64,000 nt of DNA. Source: Blepharisma stoltei ATCC 30299. Its lineage: Eukaryota > Protista > Ciliophora. The notes beneath the pieces were generated by a model, which was given only the letters and a program-made list of their open reading frames with translations, did no database searches and had not been told where the DNA came from. Below, piece by piece: positions 1 through 11,670 of this stretch. Position 1 is the stretch's first letter; every line of letters starts with the position of its first letter. The stretch spans positions 186,001 to 250,000 of the forward strand of contig CBFDEM010000051.1 of NCBI GenBank assembly GCA_965603825.1, written 5' to 3'. Made by a program: the position numbers and the translations under genes.

Positions 1-266
1 TCGTCTTGAGAACACTCGCTGATGCACTTCCTTAATTCTTCATTGTATTTTATGATTGTTTCTTTTTCTTTATTTAAAGTTTCTAATTCGTCATTTCAAA
101 GAGAAAGATGTTTAATAGAAACTGAGACATCATCAAATTTTTTTTCGTTTTCAATACTTTTGTTTGGCTTTCCAGTTGATGGTCTTGGTTTAGGAGATAA
201 AACTGGCTGATTCTTTGGAGTTTTCTGGGGTAGGTTTCCATTAAGGGCTGAGCTAGATTTCTTCAT
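1..266 (-). CDS. Partial gene (5' end), uncharacterised protein running off the window start
   Basis: ATG at 266 after an AT-rich leader; open frame MKKSSSALNGNLPQKTPK...LSL(W=TGA)NDELETLNKEKE... with no TAA/TAG to position 1. Confidence 0.65.
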
Positions 267-447
267 ATTAATAATTTTAACTGTGCCTCATCGATGCCAT
301 TAATAAAAAATATATTTTGAAGAGGAATTTATAATAAAATTATCCGCAGTTAAGCTACATACCTGCATAATATCAATTATAAATTATGAAAATCATTTAT
401 AAATGTAATCAATTTATTTTGCATTGAACTAAGTAAAGATAATTTAA

Positions 448-1614
448 TTATATATAATCTGAATTGTTTTTTATGTGAAAGCTTTCTCGGGGGACTAGCT
501 TATCAGGGCTTAGCTTCAGCCTGTACAGTCTAATGAGCTTTTCTAGTGAAAACAAAAAATCATCATCTTCTTCATATTCACTGTCTTCGCTGTCCTCATA
601 TGTTGACTCAGAAACTTGAGCACTCAAACCTTTAAAAGAAAAAAGTGAAGCTTCTCCCTTTCCATAACTTTTAAATGAATTGATGGCTATTTCTAATTGT
701 GACGCAGAAAATATTTCTGATAAATCAGTTCTTAAAATTAAGCGGAAATTTTCTAAGATTTTAAAACAGGATCTTCTTTCTTGGCGGTTTAATTCTCCAT
801 ATCAAATTTTGGTGCTTATTCCTCTTATTTTTTTCTGATTAATAATCATATTATCTGCTGGAATCCCATTTATTTTGCCTCTTGGGCTGTCCCCAACAAT
901 TACCATTTCTCCTCCGATCTCTAAAGCATCAAATATTTCATTGTCAACCTCTTCATTTTCATACTGTAATACACAAGTTGGGTGAAGTGACTTGCAAATT
1001 TTTCTGAGCTTTGTGCTGAAATTATCTTTGTTTTTATTTACAATGTAATCTGCTTTATATTTCTTAAGTATCTTTTTTTCTGCATCTGAATCTACAATAT
1101 TTATGCATATGACGTCAATAAAACGGCTCCAATTAATCATCATTTTCCCGAGCACAGAAAACGAGTTAGCCTGTATTATGCAAGTATGATTGTGCTTTTT
1201 TATCTGTTCTGTGACCATAAGTACGGCTAAAGGGTTATACATCATTGAGCTTCCTGAGATAAAGCTTAAATCATTATTTAAGATTATACAATCCTTTGAG
1301 TTGCATACGACATATTCAGCTCAAGTGCCTTCATTTTCATCTAATTTAATAAAACTGACTCGTTTTCCTTCAAGTCTCCATGATTTTGAAAGAGGATGTG
1401 ATCGAACTACGACACCTGAGCCTTCTCGGCCGAGGATTTTTGGAGTGCAGGTTTGACAATTTAAAGCGTTTTCAATATAATTCAAATCTAAAGAATGAAT
1501 AGGAGAATATTCTACCTTGATTAAGACTTGGCCAGGCTTAAGAATAGGGATTTGGACGTCTTGCAGCTTAAGAGATAGTTTGCCCTCTTCTTTGTCTAAA
1601 GTTATAGCCTTCAT
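448..1614 (-). CDS. Medium-chain dehydrogenase/reductase (quinone oxidoreductase-like), ~388 aa
   Basis: ORFs 1321..1614 and 802..1245 are in frame, joined by TGA=Trp ('EGTWAEYVV'); second TGA at 802; TAA at 448-450. GroES-like 'VLIKVEYSPIHSLD' and 'GREGSGVVV'. Confidence 0.8.
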
Positions 1615-1849
1615 TTATTATAATTTGCCAGTTTAAAAAAATAAATGTTTTAATTGTTTTCTCTTTGTGTTTATATCTATCACTAATAAATTAAATATAA
1701 AATATGCGGTTTGAAATATTTAAATGATAATCAGGGCTTTTGATTCTTTAGAAGTCAAATTATTCTTCATATTTCGTTAGGCTATTATAGAATATTGATC
1801 TTAATATTATAGAAAATTATTATATATAGATTGTATTATGCAAATCTAA

Positions 1850-2626
1850 TTAGCTCTTATTTGGAAGAAGTTTAATGCCAACTATTTCCCAGCGATTATC
1901 AATTGATCTTATATTAATTTCGCAATAATTACCAAACACTGATGGCCCTGGGTTTACAACAGGAATCCCATTCCAAATAAAAATTCCTTTTCCGCGATGT
2001 TGGTGACCATGAAAATTTATCAAAATTTTATCACGAAATTCATACAATAAATCAGTCAATCCTTGGTTCCCTGATTCGACTCCATCCTTAAAACTCTTGG
2101 TCGTATCACTTCCTAAAGGTCCAAAATGAGTTAAAATAATATATTGCCCTGGCATATTTAATTGCGGACGCAATACTTGTCTTACTGCTCAATCACAGAT
2201 TGTTTTTGTTTGATATGGTTTTCCATAATATCTTTCTTTATCTCCTACAAAACTTGGTGGCGCACCTCCTAATCCTGCAATAAACAGTCCAGGAGCAATT
2301 TCATGCGCAATATCTCCTAATAATACAGATTTCCCGCTACTTAGATACTCACAGTAATCGCCTGAAAATTTTCTCAAAGGGTTCATATGGAGTATAAAAC
2401 TATTATGGTCATGCTAAATTTCTCTTACATTTCCTGGCACCCAGTATATTGGCTTTCTTAAGTGTTCTAAAATTTCCAACTGTCTCTTTACAGATGGGAG
2501 ATCGTCATAACCTCTAGAAAAATCTCCTGCATGCAGGATTATATCAGGCTCAGTCTTTTCGACAATTATTTTTAATTCTTCATACCCTTCATGACTATCA
2601 GTGACTACCAGGATATTCAACTCCAT
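1850..2626 (-). CDS. Calcineurin-like metallophosphoesterase (Icc/239FB-like), one intron
   Basis: Motifs DSH, GDFS, GNHD (restored by removing intron 2414..2428), THFGP, GHQH; TGA at 2189 read as Trp. Confidence 0.9.
2414..2428 (-). other. 15-nt spliceosomal intron GTAAGAGAAATTTAG
   Basis: Removal removes an in-frame TAG and restores the GN|HD motif. Confidence 0.92.
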
Positions 2627-2642
2627 TTAATAATTTAATAAA

Positions 2643-3110
2643 ATGATGCTTACAAATAGATTGATGACTGACTTGGCAATACAAAGACGAATGGACGCAT
2701 TAGATATTTTAGAGTTGCCAGGAGTCACCGCTGAGGAAACTGAAAAAATTGAGCTGGGGTTGCTTAAACAAAATTTGATGTGATGATTCAATAAGGTGGG
2801 ATTTTTATTTTATGGGCTCCTTATATATAAAGGAAGACTCTTGGAAAGAAATAAACTGTATGGGCTAAGCTTGATAAGAGTCTGACTTGTATTTAGCATT
2901 GGAAAGTATTACTTGCAGTTTGGGGATTATTTAGGAGGCTGCTGCTTAAATGGGGAAATTAAGTATATTTTCTTAAAATATGAGCCGCTAATTAGAGAAA
3001 GGAGGATTGAGCGAAATGCTGCTTTTGAGAATTTAGAAAGCTTTAGGAATAGGGTTACTAGGGCAACTCCAGCAATAAATGCTAAAGAATTGTTTAATGT
3101 TAAAGATTAA
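2643..3110 (+). CDS. Uncharacterised small putative membrane protein, ~155 aa
   Basis: Open from ATG 2643 with three TGA=Trp into ORF 2913..3110; two hydrophobic segments; start codon uncertain. Confidence 0.6.
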
Positions 3111-5160
3111 CTGCTTTACGCGTTTCGTGAATAAGGTTTAGCCAGCTTGGAGGATCATAGCAGCCAGGTGCATTTTCTACTGCTTGAGTGTACCTCTGAT
3201 AGACTTGTCCGTCGCTGTGGCCAAGTGCTGAGGCAATCACATGGTCTGGAATTGCAATGGCGTCAATTATTTTTACTGCATTTTCTCCGACTTCGTCACA
3301 CAACTCGTCAACAGTTTCAGCTATCCATTTAGCTTGTTCTGGGTCAAAAGTAGTCTTGAAAGAAGAAGTTTCTTGATCTAGCACATGGCTTGCGAAAAGA
3401 TACATGACGTTTGCAATCACTTGTCCAGTGGCTGGGCATTTTCTTGTGAGATCGTTTACAAAGTTATTGAATTCTTTAAGCTGGATGAGCTCTCCAAAAG
3501 ATTTGGCAAGGTCAATTAAATAGTGAACTTGGGTATGGTTCCAAGTTACAGTCATATCTTGGTAAATTCTTCCATTATCTTGCAGTTTTGCAAGTGATTC
3601 AGTGATATAATAATTGCATCGATACTCAAATAGAGAAATCAGCCATTCTGCATGCTTTAGCTGCTCTTTATTTGAAAACCTGGGCTTATCTGAGCTCAAA
3701 TTAATGAATTGCAAGTATGGAGATTTAATAGCGCCGCCTTTAAATGTGCTTTGGACAGCTCTTAATATCCATCTGGAGGTTTGTTGGATGACGACCCAAT
3801 TTTCGCCTTCCCAAGTCATGTGGACATCATTGTCAGCTCTAAGCTTGGCAAAGCCTGCGTAGCTTGAATATCCGTGCCCTGCGCAACATTCTCTGCATTC
3901 TTGAATTGCTTTTTGATTATACCAGCCATGGAGGGCTTTAAAGACACTTACAAGTGCATGGAACTCTGTGACATCGGGGGATTCAGGATCTCTATCAATT
4001 AATTTTATACGCTCGTTGTAGAGTCTCGCAATGATCTTCATGCTCATATTTGCAGCAAAATCTTTAGCAAGGTGCGGCATAAGTCGATATCTATGGACTG
4101 GGTAATCTAAAATTGGCCTTTCTACTTCTCCTCCAAACTGTTTTCTTACTGCTCCATATCTAATAGCAATAGTAAGTGCATTTCTTTGATGAATTTCAGC
4201 ACAAAATAAAACTGCGCATCTGCCTGTAATAAGCCCAGTAAGCATAAGTCCAAATCTTTTTTCCTTATTTTTTATATGGCTTTTGAACTTTCCGTCAGGT
4301 GAAATTTGAGAAAATTTATCAAGTAAAGCATCATAAGACACTCTATAGTTTTTAAAGAAAATAAATCCGTTATCTATCCCTTGTAGCCCCGATTTATGCC
4401 CACAATCACCTAAAGTAACTCCATTAAAAGGTTTATGAGTCTCAAAATCCCTTATTGGAACAGCAAATGCATGAACTCCATGATTGGTCCCATCTACAAT
4501 TAGCTGACAAAAAATAGCAGCCATGTTAGCAGTTTTGCCTGCAGCTCCAATTCACCATTTCGCAGCAGTTGGAGTAGGCGAATTTATAATAAATTCTCTT
4601 GAAGAATGATCATAAGTCGCTGTAGTTTCAACTTTAGCTACATTAGAGCCATGCCCAAGCTCAGTCATTCCGCAGCATCCATAATCTTTCAGCGCATATG
4701 CCCTTTTAACAAGATCAAGATGCTTTTCTGTCCCCAAATTCTGCACGGTCTCAATATACAGACAAGCATGGACAATTACCCTGGTCCCTAAAGTAATATC
4801 ATTGCACAGCATTCCCACCAAAATCCCAACTTTATGAAGTGGATTTTCTCTAACGCTTTTATAATTCAAATTACATTTGGGGTATATATGCATAATTTGC
4901 CTCTGAGAGCGTTCTTTTAGCCCTTCTCTACTGAGGTCTGCATAATGCATGTGGTTAAATAGATCTTCTTTTTCTTTCATTAATTCCCAAACGTGGTTAT
5001 AGTCATCATATAAAGGCTCTAAAAACTTATCACGAAGGATCCTCTGGTTTAAAGGTCTTCCTCTTTCTCTATATTCTTCTAATGCAGTGCATTTCTTGTG
5101 AAAGGCAAATGATCCAAGGATGTGGGAGTTTATAAGAAAGAGACGACGCGTTTCTGCCAT
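3100..5160 (-). CDS. ACOX: Peroxisomal acyl-CoA oxidase, copy 1 (686 aa)
   Basis: ORFs 4552..5160 and 3100..4524 joined by TGA in 'AAKW*IG'; 'MTELGHGSNV', 'CRECCAGHGY', 'TWEGEN'; same length as copy 2. Confidence 0.95.
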
Positions 5161-5177
5161 TTATTGGAGTTTTTAGC

Positions 5178-5188
5178 TGACGTATGCA
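5178..5188. promoter_or_regulatory. Candidate cis-element TGACGTATGCA upstream of ACOX copy 1
   Basis: Identical 11-mer at the same offset (18 nt) from the ATG of both ACOX paralogs. Confidence 0.5.
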
Positions 5189-5250
5189 CAATTAGATAGA
5201 AAATATGATAAGGAAAATAAAGAATTTTTTTCGTGAGGAGAGATTAAAGT

Positions 5251-7311
5251 TTAGAGATTAATTGCTTTACGGGTCTCGTGGATAAGGTTTAGCCAGCTTG
5301 GAGGATCGAAGCATCCTGGAGCATTTTCTACTGCTTGAGTATATCTCTGATAGACTTGCCCATCACTATGTCCAATTGCTGACGCAATCACATGGTCTGG
5401 AAGTGCGATGGCATCAATAATTTTTACTGAATCTTCCCCGACTTCGTCACACAGCTCGTCAACGGTTTCAGCAATCCACTTAGCCTGCTCTGCATCAAAA
5501 GTGTTTTTAAATGATGAAGTTTCTTGATCTAGCACATGACTTGCAAAAAGATACATAACATTTGCAATCACTTGTCCAGTTGCTGGGCATTTTTTAGTGA
5601 GGTCATTTACAAAGTTATTGAATTCTTTAAGCTGAATAAGTTCCCCAAAAGATTTGGCAAGGTCAATTAAATAGTGAACTTGGGTGCGATTCCAAGCTAC
5701 AGTCATATCTTGATAAGATCTCCCGTTTTCTTGTAATTTATTGAGTGACTCAGTGATATAATAATTGCATCTATATTCAAATAGAGAAATCAGCCATTCT
5801 GCGTGCTTTAGTTGCTCTTTATTTGAAAATCTTGGTTTAGTGGCATTTAAATAAATAAATTGTAAGTATGGAGATCTTATAGGATGCCCTTTAAAGGTCC
5901 CTTGAACCACTTTTAATATCCATCTCGACGTCTGCTGAATAACAACCCAATTTTCGCCTTCCCAAGTCATATGAGCATCATTATCAGCTCTAAGCTTCGC
6001 AAAGCCTGCATAACTCGAAAATCCATGTCCAGCGCAGCATTCTCTGCACTCTTGAATTGCTTTTTGGCCATACCAGCCATGGAGTGCCTTAAACACACTA
6101 ACAAGTGCATGAAACTCAGTGACATCTGGAGACTCAGGCTCGCTGTCAATTAGCCTAAACCTGCCATTATATAGTCTACAGATGAGCTTCATGCTCATAT
6201 TTGCTGCAAAATCTTTAGCAAGGTGCGGCATAAGCCTGAATCTATGAACTGGGTAATCTAAAATTGGTCTTTCTATTTCTCCTCCAAATTGTTTTCTTAC
6301 TGCAGCATATCTTATAGCAATAGTAAGCGCATTTCGGGTATGGAGTTCAGAAACGATGACAATAGAGCATCTTCCTGTAATTAGCCCAGTTAACATGAGG
6401 CCAAATCGTTTTTCTTTGTTTTTTATATGACTTTTGAACTTACCGTCAGGGGAAATTTGGGAATATTTGTCAAGTAAAGCATCATATGGCACTCTATAAT
6501 TTTTAAACAGCAAAAATCCGTTATCTATCCCTTGGAGTCCAGATTTATGCCCACAGTCACCTAAAGTAACTCCATTAATAGGCTTATGAGTCTCATAATC
6601 TCTTATCGGAACCACAAATGCATGAACCCCATGATTGGTGCCATCAACAATCAGCTGACAAAAAATAGCAGCCATGTTAGCAGTTTTCCCTACTGCTCCG
6701 ATCCACCACTTCGCTGCAGTTGGAGTAGGCGAATTTATAACAAGTTCTCTTGAAGAATGGTCATAAGTTGCTGTTGTTTCAACTTTAGCCACATTAGAGC
6801 CATGCCCTAGCTCAGTCATTCCGCAGCAACCATAGTCTTTTAGTGCATAGGCTCTTTTAATAATACCAAGGTGCTTAGCTGTTCCCAGATTTTGCACAGT
6901 CTCAATATAAAGGCAAAAATGAACAAGCGATCTAGTCCCACTAATAAGGTCATTGCTGCCAATTCCGGTCAGCATGCCAAGCTTACGCAGTGGGTTTTCT
7001 TGAATACTTTCATAAGTCACATTGCATTTAGGAACGATATGGTTAATTTGACGCTGAGAGCGCTCTTTTAGCCCTTCTCTGCTCAGATCTGCATATAAAA
7101 CGTGATTGAATAAATCCTCTTTTTCTTTCATAAGGTCCCAAACCTGCTTATAGTCCTCTGCAAAAGGCTCATAGAATTTATCGTGTAAAAGTTTTATATT
7201 GATTTGCCTTCCTCTTTCTCTATATTCGTCTAAAGCAGTGCATTTCTTATCAAAATTAAAAGCACCAAGGATATGGGAGTTGATGAGATGTAGACGTCGA
7301 CCTTTTACCAT
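5251..7311 (-). CDS. ACOX: Peroxisomal acyl-CoA oxidase, copy 2 (686 aa)
   Basis: Uninterrupted ORF; 'KWWIG', 'TELGHGSN', 'TWEGEN'; tandem paralog of 3100..5160. Confidence 0.95.
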   Translation of the reverse strand: MVKGRRLHLINSHILGAFNFDKKCTALDEYRERGRQINIKLLHDKFYEPFAEDYKQVWDLMKEKEDLFNHVLYADLSREGLKERSQRQINHIVPKCNVTYESIQENPLRKLGMLTGIGSNDLISGTRSLVHFCLYIETVQNLGTAKHLGIIKRAYALKDYGCCGMTELGHGSNVAKVETTATYDHSSRELVINSPTPTAAKWWIGAVGKTANMAAIFCQLIVDGTNHGVHAFVVPIRDYETHKPINGVTLGDCGHKSGLQGIDNGFLLFKNYRVPYDALLDKYSQISPDGKFKSHIKNKEKRFGLMLTGLITGRCSIVIVSELHTRNALTIAIRYAAVRKQFGGEIERPILDYPVHRFRLMPHLAKDFAANMSMKLICRLYNGRFRLIDSEPESPDVTEFHALVSVFKALHGWYGQKAIQECRECCAGHGFSSYAGFAKLRADNDAHMTWEGENWVVIQQTSRWILKVVQGTFKGHPIRSPYLQFIYLNATKPRFSNKEQLKHAEWLISLFEYRCNYYITESLNKLQENGRSYQDMTVAWNRTQVHYLIDLAKSFGELIQLKEFNNFVNDLTKKCPATGQVIANVMYLFASHVLDQETSSFKNTFDAEQAKWIAETVDELCDEVGEDSVKIIDAIALPDHVIASAIGHSDGQVYQRYTQAVENAPGCFDPPSWLNLIHETRKAINL

Positions 7312-7328
7312 TTATTGAATAGATTGCA

Positions 7329-7339
7329 TGACGTATGCA
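7329..7339. promoter_or_regulatory. Candidate cis-element TGACGTATGCA upstream of ACOX copy 2
   Basis: Same 11-mer and same offset as 5178..5188. Confidence 0.5.
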
Positions 7340-8107
7340 AATTTAGGTTGGAAAATATGGAGATACAAACCCTTGTGGGTGTTTTTAAATTTCTGGAAAC
7401 TTGCAATGAAGAAAAAGAAGATTGGGTGAAACTATTTCTTTAAATATTGATTTTTAGGATAGTTATTGGGTTTTGTTTAAATATGACAATTAATAGGACT
7501 GATTAGCATATATTAAAGAGGTATAATTTATCAAGGTGATTGATTTTTAACTGTTTTTAATTAGGTCGAGAAGAATGCTATGCTCAAAGCTCTTCTATTT
7601 ATTAAAAGATTATTAAAAACATATATCTTATTCAGCAAGACTTTATGATGGAGAATTTATATTTTTAAAAAGCTTCATTAAGATAATAAGTCTGCTCTTA
7701 TTTTATTTACAAAAAATAAATCTCAAGTGCCTTTTTCGAGCTCTAGCTTAAATGTGGAAAAATTGAAGAATTTTAGCTCAATTCAAAGCCAATAAACCTG
7801 TCTAAATATATGGCGAGAATAGCAAATCTCTTCACACTAATCTTCATTGTCATATAGTTAACGCTAAGCTGAGTATTAACATCTAAGTTAATCAAAGGAA
7901 AACTGTAACTAGGATCACCTTAGCGATAGGTCAGGGGCAAATATAACTAAATTAATAAATTTTATTAATAATATTTTTAGATACAATTTTCGTTACTATT
8001 CTTATTTAAATTTCAAATATCCTTATCTCCATCATATGCTCAATGATATTTATAGCCCACTTCAGTTTTATCAATTTTTTTCAAAATGCTCATAAATCCT
8101 ACTTATT

Positions 8108-9589
8108 ATGAAGCAAGACATAAGCCTCCACGAAGAGCTCAGAGGAACCTACGAAAAAACTCTCCAACTCGCAGTCTCAATTACCCAGAGCAAGGCTGAT
8201 TTATTTAGCTCAAAAGTTCGAGGTAATGATGCGAAATTTGTAAAATCAGTTGCAAGAGAATTCCACGATTTCAAGACAATTCATGACGATTATTTAAAGT
8301 CAAACAGCAACTCAATTAAAGTAGACCCAATAGAAAACCCATCAAAATCTGAATCCCCAATCAGTAGGCGTCACAAATTTATGTACTCAAAATATGCAGG
8401 GAAGTTAAAGCTAAATACATCAGTTGATGAAGCCCATGCAATGGTCGCCTTAGCCAAGGCTGGCAATATATCTCCAATTGTGAGCTCTGCGAAGGAGTCT
8501 GATAAGCCTTCACCGATTTTAAAGAAGCTGAAATTTAATCATTCGTTATTATTGCAGAATGAAAAAAGCTCTACAAAGCTGCCTTATGTATCTTTACTTA
8601 GTGGAAAGACAAAGCCACCTCTTGATTTACCTTCATATAAAGAATACTTAAAATGCTATAAGACTTATAATAAAAAACAGCCAAAAGAGACTCCGTTCCA
8701 AAAAATCGACAGGTGCCAACAAATTTTGGAAAATTTACAAAAAGAGATTTCAGGGCTTGAAATATTTTATAATGAAAATCCTGGAATCCCTTGAAATAAT
8801 GACAAAAAATTTCTGTTAAAGCTAAATAATAGTCCATCAAGAAGAAATGCAATGATAAAAGCATATAATGACAAAATTGCTGGGACCGCTAAAAATATTA
8901 CACAGAATTCAAGACTAAAAAGATTCATCACGAAAAAAGTCCCAAAAACTCCGTCAATGTCCCCAGAAAAATTCAATGAATTTTACCATGAAAACAGCAA
9001 AACAGCGTCGGTAAGGCAAAAAATGAGCTCGCCTGTTTTTTCTATATCATTCGAAAAAACTAGTGAAACCAACCCGCTTATAGAGGATCCTAAAGACGTT
9101 TTACAAAGATGCTCAGAAAGATTCAAACTTGCTGAAGATTCAGAAAACAAAAAATTAATCGAAATTCTCCAAAAATTAAAAGTGGAAAGGCCTTTAATTT
9201 TAAAGAAAAAAGCCCGTCTTATTCTTGATGATAATGAAAAATATCGAGACAGGGTGTATTCTCTCAACAAATTCGAAGAATACAAACGCACTGTAGAGTT
9301 TGAAAGATTTAGCGCCATGAAAAAGAACAAATCCCAAGCATCTATTTACAATTCCCTATTAAGCTACCTCAAAAAAAGAGAAAGAATACCTTCAGAAATC
9401 GAGTTATCTCTTATGGATATCCTAAAAGAATACTTGGAGTCCGGAAATGTCATTTCTTTTCAAACCATCAAAGAAATCCTTAACGATCTTTCTTTTAAAG
9501 AAAAAATTAGCCTTAAGCCACTATTATCTATAGCGCAGTCCTTTTTAGAGATAAGTGACGAAGAATTTGATATATTATTTATTGAATAA
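8108..9589 (+). CDS. Uncharacterised basic/coiled-coil protein, ~493 aa
   Basis: ORFs 8108..8794 and 8852..9589 in frame, joined by TGA at 8792; ends TAA. Confidence 0.8.
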
Positions 9590-9627
9590 TTGTAAATATT
9601 TTTTCTCTATGAATTTAAACAAATAAA

Positions 9628-11304
9628 ATGAGAAATTCATTATACTCAGTAAGCTTTGAGGACGCCATTCAAACAATAGGAGGCCATCATAGATATCAAA
9701 AATTGCTTGTAGCGCTGGTTTCTGGTATATGGGCAATTCAAGCTTTTTTTATTATTTCTTTGAAGTTCTCATTAATAAGTCCAACTCTTGAATGCAGTGT
9801 TAATTCTGACGACTGTTGCAAAACCATCTACAAGATAGCAGAAACTTCACCTTACAATGCAGCCAGAGAATGAGATTTAGTATGTGACGATAAATATAAA
9901 ATAGACCTTATAAACGTGTGTTTTTATGCAGGGCTTGGTATAGGGATTTTTTTACTTTCTTGACTTGCAAATGCATGGGGAAGGAAACCGGTCATATTTA
10001 CCTGCTTAATTTGTGCAGCAGTATCTCTGATAGCCGCTTGCTTAAGTGTCTCTGCAGAGTTCTTTATGGGCTGCTGCATGGCGATTGGGTTCTTTATCGG
10101 TGGAATTTATATGACTTGTCTAGCTTACCTTATAGAAGCTGTCAGTATAAAATTCAGAGGACTTTATACAGGGGCTATTTTTGTAGCCTGGGGCTGTGGT
10201 ATGCTTTTAATGAGTTTATTTTCCTTACTTGTCGATTCTTGAAGGATTCAATTTATTGTGATCGCTTTTTTCGACATATCTATGACTCCAATAGTCTTCA
10301 AGTTTCACGAATCCCCTAGATTTTTGGCAGCAAATCGAGGAAAATACTCGAAAGCAAGGTATATCCTGAATAACATTGCACACATAAACAGTCAGCAGCC
10401 CTTTGTAGAGATGCTTGAAGGGGAAAAGGTGATAGGGTACCAAGAAGACCACAGCATAAGTACTTCGTCACAGCCTAGTGACAGCACACAGTCAAGCAGA
10501 AAATATTCATTTATTCCGATTTCTAAAGGAATTGTGAGTGTTACTGAAGCTGAATTGAAAAACGTGAAGCATTATTCTTATATTGATTTGTGTAGATTGC
10601 AGTCAGTTAGAGCTGAATATGCAATCATTTTTATGCTGTTTTTCCTTTTGGGCTTAAGCGATTTGACTGATAGCCAGCTAGCTCCAAGCTATTTGGAAAA
10701 TAACTATATAAATCAGTCTATTATATCTGCAATTGAAATTTTAGCATATGCAGGGACAGTTTTTAGTCTTGGAAAAATGGGTAGACAAGTAGGGCTATTG
10801 ATAACTTTTGGGATAACTGGGCTGTCTTTATTAATAGCTTTAGCTTTTTCACAGAATAAATGCAGCACAAATGCATTCTGTGCTATAAATACATATGTAT
10901 CAAAGCTGCTTCTGTCTATATCAAGGCTCGGGATATGTGGCTCAAAACTAATAATATTGATTATGATTAATGAAAAATTCCCTACGTCAATTAGGAGTTT
11001 ATCATTAGGTGGCTTAGGAGTCGCGATAATAGCAGCGAGCTTGCTGTATCCTCAAACAATTATTTTCTTTGCGAAATCAAAGATGAGTCCTATGCTTGGA
11101 ATAGGAATTTTAATGCTGTTTGGGAGTGTGATTTCTTGTATGGTTACTGAGACCAAGGACAAGCCGATGGAAGACTATGTGGAAGAAGAAAAAGAAGAAA
11201 TGAAAAACCCTGTAGATATTAGTAATTTAGAAATTCAGCCGGCAGAGAATAATTCTTTGAATCACCAGAATGAGAACTTCCAGCAGTTAAATGAAGAACA
11301 ATAA
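9628..11304 (+). CDS. MFS transporter, SLC22/organic cation transporter-like
   Basis: One frame with three TGA=Trp; 'E(W)DLVC', motif-A-like 'LANAWGRKP', 'ESPRFL', 'EKFPTSIRS', 'ETKDKPM'. Confidence 0.9.
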
Positions 11305-11670
11305 ATTAAGTCTATATTATATTGCAATTATTTTTTTTGGCTTTAATATAGTTTAAACGGCATTTACTATTTGCCTTACATTTAATGGGCATTTTTTCGA
11401 TTTTTATCATATTTTCATAAGCCCTTCTAATAAAAAAATAATTTAGCTTATATTCATAGTTAACTGAAATAAAATTATTTATTAGCCACTATCTTTTCTA
11501 TATATCATAATTGCTTCTAAACTTTTTTCTATGATAAAGTGCTGGAATCTAATTATCTTTGAAATTAAATTAATTATTGCACCTACTCTATTTCACCCAA
11601 ATTCGTATTCAAATTCTTCTTGATAAAAAATAATTGAATTCTTATCCTATTAATAATTTTTCCAAATTTT

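Noticed and set aside
7850-7945. Imperfect hairpins in the gap upstream of ACOX
   Set aside because: Weak AT-rich stems with no snRNA, snoRNA or tRNA signature
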